The notes below the pieces were generated by a model. It did no database searches, had not been told where the DNA came from, and worked only from the letters and a program-made list of their open reading frames with translations. From a virus (taxonomy: Duplodnaviria > Caudoviricetes), in the IMG/VR virus record IMGVR_UViG_3300020190_000207, positions 1 through 33,833 of that record: a stretch of 33,833 nt of DNA; one strand, given 5' to 3'. This document shows, in pieces, positions 28,849-33,833 of the stretch. Every line of letters starts with the position of its first letter. Within the stretch, counting starts at the first letter, position 1. A program made the translations under genes and the position numbers.

Positions 28849-29014
28849 TTTTACTGTTCTTTAGATTTTCTTCTTCGATATACTGTTCAAGAAGAGAGAG
28901 ATAAACTTCTCTTTCCCAAGGCATCATATTTTCTAGTTCTGTCAAGCTATATTTATGATGCTGCATGAGGGCAAAATTAATCTTATAATATGAGGCAAGA
29001 TCCTCATGCGACAT
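28841..29014 (-). CDS. gp51: gp51-like baseplate hub assembly catalyst (57 aa; not in the ORF track); may be expressed as a -1 frameshift extension of gp26
   Basis: MSHEDLASYYKINFALMQHHKYSLTELENMMPWEREVYLSLLEQYIEEENLKNSKNG*. The NFALMQHHKYSL.E.ENM.PWER motif is that of the short gp51-annotated ORF of T4-like cyanophages. Confidence 0.88.
   Translation of the reverse strand: MSHEDLASYYKINFALMQHHKYSLTELENMMPWEREVYLSLLEQYIEEENLKNSKNG
28950..28956 (-). promoter_or_regulatory. Candidate late promoter ATAAATA inside the gp51-like ORF
   Basis: Formed by the His-Lys-Tyr codons CAT AAA TAT, about 100 nt upstream of the ATG at 28848. Confidence 0.4.
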
Positions 29015-29016
29015 CG

Positions 29017-29736
29017 CTAGGCGAAAAAACTTGTTAACCCCTCTAAGACAACCTCACTTTCAACCTGAGTATTTGGATTCTTAAGTTTAACGATATGGGA
29101 AAGTTTAGGCATTGTATCAAAAAACTTTTCAATATCTTTGAATTGTTTAGAAGTAAATTGTTCAACGAATTCTAAAAGTTCTTTCTTTGTTACATCCGAT
29201 GCCGCCCAAGACTCTTCTTCAGAATAAACTTGCTCAATACATGATGTAATCATATCAAAAGTGTCATCAACACTTACGCCCGTAGTTTGTGAAAAATTAT
29301 TCTTAATAAACTCTTGCATTGATGGATATTTCATTCTCAAAGTATAATCACTATCTAATTTAATATCTCTTGTGTGCTCCTCATTATAGGTTATATTAAT
29401 ATCATCAATATCAATGCTCACAGGAACCCGAGTTTGATTATCATCTGGACAAGTAATTAGAACATCAATATTTTCTCCAACAGACTTTCCCCTAATATTA
29501 AGGAACATATATTCAATATCAAAGGTTGCCAGGTCTGCAACTTTGATTCCCTTTGTGAGGATACAGTTTGAAATTACAGTTTTTACTGCTTCTGCAATCT
29601 GTTTTGGATCTTCACTTTCCATTGCAAGAATTAAGATTTTTTCTTCCTTTACAAGAAAAGGACGATACTTGATTGTTTTTTTAATTGAAGGTATTTCCAA
29701 CTCAAATGTGGGAGTCGCAATCTTTGGTAATGGCAT
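29017..29736 (-). CDS. gp26: Baseplate hub subunit / assembly chaperone gp26
   Basis: MPLPKIATPTFELEIPS...IKYRPFLVKEEKILILAMES...FDIEYMFLNIRGKSVGE...FFDTMPKL...LEGLTSFF is the T4-like gp26 signature. Confidence 0.92.
   Translation of the reverse strand: MPLPKIATPTFELEIPSIKKTIKYRPFLVKEEKILILAMESEDPKQIAEAVKTVISNCILTKGIKVADLATFDIEYMFLNIRGKSVGENIDVLITCPDDNQTRVPVSIDIDDINITYNEEHTRDIKLDSDYTLRMKYPSMQEFIKNNFSQTTGVSVDDTFDMITSCIEQVYSEEESWAASDVTKKELLEFVEQFTSKQFKDIEKFFDTMPKLSHIVKLKNPNTQVESEVVLEGLTSFFA
29023..29029 (-). other. Candidate -1 ribosomal slippery heptamer T TTT TTC
   Basis: gp26 ends AGT TTT TTC GCC TAG. The -1 frame reads TTT TTT CGC CTA GCG ATG, directly into the gp51-like ORF. Confidence 0.65.
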
Positions 29737-29767
29737 AATAACCTATAAATTAGTTAGTCAGTAAAAT

Positions 29768-29774
29768 TATTTAT
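29768..29774 (-). promoter_or_regulatory. Candidate late promoter ATAAATA
   Basis: Overlaps the stop codon of the upstream gene and lies about 32 nt before the gp26 ATG. Confidence 0.65.
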
Positions 29775-30517
29775 GGGAGTAATCCAGGAATAACACTAGC
29801 AATATCTAACAGACCTTGTGCTTCTGCCACTGATCGTGTCAATCCAGGTACATTATTATTATCATTCCCCAATATAGAACTAATGCTTGAACTCCGTCCA
29901 GCGATATATCTATCATAATAGAAAGTTACATTAACTTTCAATAGATCTGATGGACCATAACTGACACTTGGACTATTCATCAGAATTGGATATAACCCTC
30001 TAAAATTATATTCGATATTTCTTTTGTAATCTCTTTCAAATTTAATAATTTTTACACTATTTGCTTTATAAAAATCTGGATATTGCATTCTTGAAAAATA
30101 ATTATCAAGTTGAGTATTTATTCCACCCTGTTCACCCTTCAATCTCTGAGGATTGGTAGAACCACTAGAAATAAATTCCATCCAACTTTCAAAAAATATC
30201 AGATTTTTATAATCACTATCGACATAAAATTCTAAAGAAATTTGCTGATACTGTTTAGTATGTGCAAAATGTTCTGTCATTCCTGTATATGCCCCTGTTA
30301 CATCTGCATTTGCTAAGGATGCAGTTGGTAACGATGCAGAAGAACATAATAATCCAGAGTCTTCAGCAATAAACCTTGAGTTTACTCCCTTATTCCCCAA
30401 ATAACGTCTTAGTTGAGGGGGAAGACTACCAAACTTAACTTCATAATGGGAAGTTTGTGCTAGTTTTGTAAATAGTGGTTTTATATCAGATATTTTCCTT
30501 GGTCTTGATACTGACAC
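29771..30517 (-). CDS. Tail-tube-fold baseplate protein (gp54/gp19-like tube initiator)
   Basis: LLCSSASLP...ISLEFYVD...FFESWMEFI...YPDFYK...YNFRGLYP...VSYG...LKVNVTFYY follows the tail-tube fold pattern. GTG start. Confidence 0.7.
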   Translation of the reverse strand: MSVSRPRKISDIKPLFTKLAQTSHYEVKFGSLPPQLRRYLGNKGVNSRFIAEDSGLLCSSASLPTASLANADVTGAYTGMTEHFAHTKQYQQISLEFYVDSDYKNLIFFESWMEFISSGSTNPQRLKGEQGGINTQLDNYFSRMQYPDFYKANSVKIIKFERDYKRNIEYNFRGLYPILMNSPSVSYGPSDLLKVNVTFYYDRYIAGRSSSISSILGNDNNNVPGLTRSVAEAQGLLDIASVIPGLLP

Positions 30518-30518
30518 T

Positions 30519-30525
30519 CTAAATA
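30519..30525 (+). promoter_or_regulatory. Candidate late promoter CTAAATA for the gp4 operon
   Basis: CTAAATA 33 nt upstream of the ATG at 30559. Confidence 0.65.
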
Positions 30526-30551
30526 CCTTATACGAGTCTTATGTTATAAAG

Positions 30552-30558
30552 TATTTAG
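30552..30558 (-). promoter_or_regulatory. Candidate late promoter CTAAATA for the gp54-like gene
   Basis: CTAAATA on the minus strand, 34 nt upstream of the GTG at 30517. Confidence 0.65.
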
Positions 30559-30993
30559 ATGTCATATAAAGGAAAATTTCAACCCTCGTATCCTGAAAAA
30601 TATAAAGGCAATTCCCGTAATATTATCTATCGTTCATTATGGGAAAGAAAATTTATGGTATATTGTGATAAAAATACCAATATTCTAGAATGGGGAAGTG
30701 AGGAAATTGTATTGCCCTATCGCTCTCCTTTAGATAATAAAATACACAGATACTTCCCCGATTTTTACATCAAAGTTAAGGAGAGTAATGGACAAATTAA
30801 AAAATATCTAATTGAGATCAAACCTAAGAAACAAACAATAGAACCAAAAGTTCAAACTAAAAAAACAAAAGGATATGTCTACGAAGTCGTAGAATATGCA
30901 AAAAATCAGGCAAAATGGAAAGCAGCGACAGAATATTGTGAAGACCGCCAATGGACATTCAAGGTTCTTACGGAAGAAGATTTAGGAGTCTGA
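30559..30993 (+). CDS. gp4: Head completion nuclease gp4 (TnsA-like PD-(D/E)xK fold)
   Basis: YKGKFQP..PEKYKG...IIYRSLWERKFM.YCD...WGSEE..LPY...HRYFPDF...LIEIKP...NQAKWKAA...FKVLTE. Confidence 0.95.
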   Translation: MSYKGKFQPSYPEKYKGNSRNIIYRSLWERKFMVYCDKNTNILEWGSEEIVLPYRSPLDNKIHRYFPDFYIKVKESNGQIKKYLIEIKPKKQTIEPKVQTKKTKGYVYEVVEYAKNQAKWKAATEYCEDRQWTFKVLTEEDLGV

Positions 30994-30994
30994 A

Positions 30995-31420
30995 ATGCCA
31001 AGAAAAACTCTAAAACAAAGGCAATCAGAGAATCAAGAGAAAGGTAAAAAAACAATATCAGATACTGATAATAATCGTATTCGTGATATTGTAGAGAACT
31101 TGATAGGAAATGAAGATCCTGATGATTTGATGCAGGAAATAATTGAGGCATTAACAGAAACTGAATCTAGACCATCTTCTATTGGACAATATTATACTTT
31201 TTTTTATAATCCAAAGACACCAGGGATATTTTATGATGAATATCCCCTAGTGGCAATAACTGATATATTTTCTTGGGGATTTAGAGGAATTAATTTTCAT
31301 TGGGAAGGGATAAGACAGTATACATGGGATGAAATCAACGGTGAATTATATAAAATTAGATTAGAAGAAATAAAAGATATGAGAACTATTCCATATGCAA
31401 AAATCAAGATAAATAATTAA
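30995..31420 (+). CDS. Conserved phage protein resembling the DNA end protector gp2 core
   Basis: GQYYTFFYNPKT...YDEYPLV...GFRGINFHW resembles the gp2 motif G..Y.F.Y..K...YD.FPL...F.GLNLHY. It is adjacent to gp4. Confidence 0.55.
   Translation: MPRKTLKQRQSENQEKGKKTISDTDNNRIRDIVENLIGNEDPDDLMQEIIEALTETESRPSSIGQYYTFFYNPKTPGIFYDEYPLVAITDIFSWGFRGINFHWEGIRQYTWDEINGELYKIRLEEIKDMRTIPYAKIKINN
31409..31415 (+). promoter_or_regulatory. Candidate late promoter ATAAATA
   Basis: Lies 14 nt upstream of the gp48 ATG. Confidence 0.55.
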
Positions 31421-31429
31421 AAAAGATAA

Positions 31430-32437
31430 ATGAGCTTCCCACCAGGACTACTTCCACCAGATGAGGCCAATATTGTTGTCACAGACAAAAAGGGCAATGT
31501 CATACAATCACCAGTTGGTTCAGATTCCAAGTCCGCCAATGCCCCTAACAAAAAGAAACCAAGTAATAAGATTGAAAGTTATAGATATCCATACAAGAAA
31601 CTGTTAGACAATGATGACTATCTGAAAATTAGTATAATGGATTATAAGCCACCTGGATTTGCATCAGGTTTTGTACAGCCAACTGCAGATACTCAATATG
31701 GAAACAGTAAAACTAAAGTTATAATCCTCTTACCAATCCCACAATCAGTATCATCATCAAATTCAACTTCTTGGAATGGAGACACCATGGGTCCACTTGA
31801 AGTTGCGGCTCTTGGTGCTGCTGGAACGATAATTGAAGGGGGAGGTTTGAGTGGTTTGAAAGAAGTTGCTGGTCAGGCAGCAGCGGCTCTAACTGGTAGT
31901 AGTCTTGCACAAAAAGCAGGTCAGGCAGTGTTAGCACAAAAAGCAGTCAGTGGACTATTTGGCAACGAATCAGGTGGTGCTGGAGTTCTTGGTAGAACCA
32001 CTGGTGCAGTATTCAATCAAAATATTGAATTACTTTTTCAAGGTGTAAGTTTAAGAGAACCATTTTCCCTTGGATATGATTTGACTCCAAGAAACAAAAA
32101 AGAGTCTGATGAAATTAAAAATATAATTAGAGTATTCAAAAAACAAATGTCTGGGAGAAAAGGTGGTCAAGGAGCTGGTCAAGGAATTTTTATCAAGTCT
32201 CCAAGCGTTTTCAGATTAGAATACAAAAGCGGCAAAATAAATCATCCATATCTAAACAGATTTAAGATATGTGCCTTAACATCGATGTCAGTTGATTTTA
32301 CTGGATCTGGGACTTATGCAACTTATTCTGATGGAACTCCAGTACACCTAAAATTAGGTCTAGGATTCCAAGAACTAACACCAATTTATGCTGAAGATTA
32401 TGATACTGAAGAAGGTAAACTAGGAACAGGATACTAA
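31430..32437 (+). CDS. gp48: Baseplate tail-tube cap gp48
   Basis: YRYP...DYLKI, ILLPIP...W, NQNIELLFQGVSLREPFS...PRNKKE...IKNIIRVFK, FIKSP.VF, FKICALTSMSVDFT...DGTP...LGFQELTPIY. Confidence 0.9.
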   Translation: MSFPPGLLPPDEANIVVTDKKGNVIQSPVGSDSKSANAPNKKKPSNKIESYRYPYKKLLDNDDYLKISIMDYKPPGFASGFVQPTADTQYGNSKTKVIILLPIPQSVSSSNSTSWNGDTMGPLEVAALGAAGTIIEGGGLSGLKEVAGQAAAALTGSSLAQKAGQAVLAQKAVSGLFGNESGGAGVLGRTTGAVFNQNIELLFQGVSLREPFSLGYDLTPRNKKESDEIKNIIRVFKKQMSGRKGGQGAGQGIFIKSPSVFRLEYKSGKINHPYLNRFKICALTSMSVDFTGSGTYATYSDGTPVHLKLGLGFQELTPIYAEDYDTEEGKLGTGY

Positions 32438-33087
32438 TGAGTTACTTCAGAGAGCTTCCAGATATTGAGTATCAATCACCACTATCAAATAGAATATCTT
32501 CGGATGATTATGTAAGAGTAAAAAATGTTTTTCGTAGAGTCAAACTACGCGATGATCTACAAAATGTGTTTACTCTCTTTCAAAAATACGACATTCCTCA
32601 AGGAGCAAGACCTGATACTGTTGCTTTTGAATTATATGACAATCCTGGGTATGATTGGATTGTATTGACTATTGCAAATATTACAAATGTAAGAAATCAA
32701 TGGCCACTTTCAAGTGAAGAATTATATCAATATTCACTAGAAAAATATGGTGAATTAAGACTTAACAGCGTTCATCATTATGAAACAAAAAGAGTAGAAG
32801 ATTCAAAGAATCGTTTGATAATGCCCGCTGGACAAGTAGTGGATTCTAATTTTTCAATCCGAAATCCAGAGAGTCCCTTGGAAATATTATATCCTGTTAT
32901 TGGGGTTACAAATTATGAATATGAAACAAGACTCAATGATAAGAAAAGATCAATATTTGTTCTACAAAGGACATATATTCAAACTTTTATCAATGATACA
33001 AGAAGCATTATGACATATGGCGAATCTTCTCAATTTGTAGATGATAGATTGATACGAACAGAAAATACAAGAAATACTATTCTATAA
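32437..33087 (+). CDS. gp53: Baseplate wedge protein gp53
   Basis: YFRELPDIEY...KNVFRRVKLR...GARPDTVAFELY....DWIVL..ANI...QWPLS...HHYET...TNYEYETRLNDKKRSI. Confidence 0.93.
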   Translation: MSYFRELPDIEYQSPLSNRISSDDYVRVKNVFRRVKLRDDLQNVFTLFQKYDIPQGARPDTVAFELYDNPGYDWIVLTIANITNVRNQWPLSSEELYQYSLEKYGELRLNSVHHYETKRVEDSKNRLIMPAGQVVDSNFSIRNPESPLEILYPVIGVTNYEYETRLNDKKRSIFVLQRTYIQTFINDTRSIMTYGESSQFVDDRLIRTENTRNTIL

Positions 33088-33095
33088 AAGATGAA

Positions 33096-33111
33096 GGGGG
33101 CAGATGCCCCC
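33096..33111. terminator. Probable bidirectional intrinsic terminator between convergent gp53 and gp32
   Basis: Hairpin GGGGGC-AGAT-GCCCCC in the 30-nt gap. It is followed by TTCATCTTTT on the minus strand and AGTTT on the plus strand. Confidence 0.75.
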
Positions 33112-33117
33112 AGTTTA

Positions 33118-33833
33118 TCAGTCTTCGGCAAGACGGGCGAAGTAGGACAGTGCATCATCATCCTCCTCCTCCACAGGTGCCGCAGCACGACGGGCAGGTT
33201 GAAGATTGTTGAGTTCAGTGCGGAGGTCTTCATCAAGTTCTTTCACAGAACCACGAGTGTTATCCTCATCAAACTCTTCAGGGTCTTGATAACGAGGAGT
33301 GCCTTTACTACCCAGAACATAGTCTAGACGCTTTTTCAGTTCATCATAGGTCTTGAACTGGTCAGCAGCAGTCAGTTCGGCAAGAGAGAACTGCTTCTTC
33401 CACACTGCTTCCATTGCATCATCATCGTCCAGAAGAGGAGCAGATTTTGCAAATTCACTGGAGTCATAGTTGCGATAACCAGCGACGTTCTTTGCCTTCA
33501 GTTTGAAGTTGGCACCCTGCCAGAAGTCAAACGGATCAATCGCTTCTTCATCTTCAAACTCTGGTTGCATTGCGGCAGTCAGTTTATCAAAAATCTTCTT
33601 ACCATACTTAAACAGGAACACTCTACCTTCGTTGGCAGGGTTTGCAGGATCCTTCACCACATAGACATTAGACACATAAGTCAGTTTACGCTTCTGCTTA
33701 CGTGCAAGTTCCTTACCAGCATCGGTGCCGTTGTTCCAGAGTTCGGAGTTCAGTTCCGACACAGGATCTTTCTGTCCCAGAGTGGTCAGAGAGTTCTCAA
33801 TATACCAACCACCAGGTCCCTGAAAGGCGTGAC
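33118..33833 (-). CDS. gp32: Single-stranded DNA-binding protein gp32, 5'-truncated by the window edge
   Basis: The frame is open to the edge: HAFQGPGGWYIENSLTTLGQKDPVSE...RKQKRKL.Y.SN.YVVKDP.NP.NEG.VFL.KYGKKIFDK...FDFWQGANFKLK...NYDSSEF...DDALSYFARLAED. Confidence 0.97.
   Translation of the reverse strand, partial: HAFQGPGGWYIENSLTTLGQKDPVSELNSELWNNGTDAGKELARKQKRKLTYVSNVYVVKDPANPANEGRVFLFKYGKKIFDKLTAAMQPEFEDEEAIDPFDFWQGANFKLKAKNVAGYRNYDSSEFAKSAPLLDDDDAMEAVWKKQFSLAELTAADQFKTYDELKKRLDYVLGSKGTPRYQDPEEFDEDNTRGSVKELDEDLRTELNNLQPARRAAAPVEEEDDDALSYFARLAED

Noticed and set aside
30559-30993. Tn7 TnsA transposase or homing endonuclease
   Set aside because: The sequence and context match T4-like head-completion protein gp4. 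No other transposition genes or element ends are present.
33118-33762. gp32 start at 33762 as given in the ORF track
   Set aside because: The frame is open and gp32-like (HAFQGPGGWYIEN) up to the window edge, so the true start lies outside the window.
1-33833. tRNA genes, introns/inteins, stop-codon reassignment
   Set aside because: Intergenic gaps are too short for tRNAs, I saw no splicing motifs, and conserved genes are full length under the standard code with TAA, TAG and TGA all used as stops.

Overview
This is a 33.8-kb piece of a large T4-like myovirus genome, most similar in gene content and order to T4-like cyanomyoviruses. The host is inferred, not shown. From right to left it contains: a partial gp32 ssDNA-binding gene; a plus-strand late block (gp4, gp2-like, gp48, gp53); and a long minus-strand late tail/baseplate block. 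That block runs through gp54-like, gp26, a small gp51-like ORF absent from the ORF track, three tape-measure-like proteins (two carrying four peptidoglycan-hydrolase domains between them), a gp27-like hub protein, gp5 without a lysozyme domain, a gp5-C-like beta-repeat protein, and a 2258-aa structural protein. It continues with a 2751-aa fibre of about 2,400 residues of Gly-X-Gln collagen-like repeat ending in an S74 chaperone, an AT-rich accessory cluster (two C1q-like paralogues, a tail-fibre chaperone, a 2OG-Fe(II) oxygenase), and finally a perfect sigma70 promoter driving a small gene that runs off the left edge. Four observations stand out. (1) There is a candidate -1 programmed frameshift (T TTT TTC, with an upstream SD-like GAGG and downstream hairpins) that would fuse gp26 to the gp51-like ORF directly upstream of the tape-measure-like genes, resembling lambda G/GT. 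(2) The giant collagen-like fibre is nearly Pro-free and charge-polarised, and sits next to stand-alone C1q-like heads and an oxygenase. (3) The 2258-aa protein has a nested, Russian-doll domain architecture. (4) The C1q paralogues share gene-conversion-like identical tracts. All family calls come from motif recognition by eye; no database search was run.
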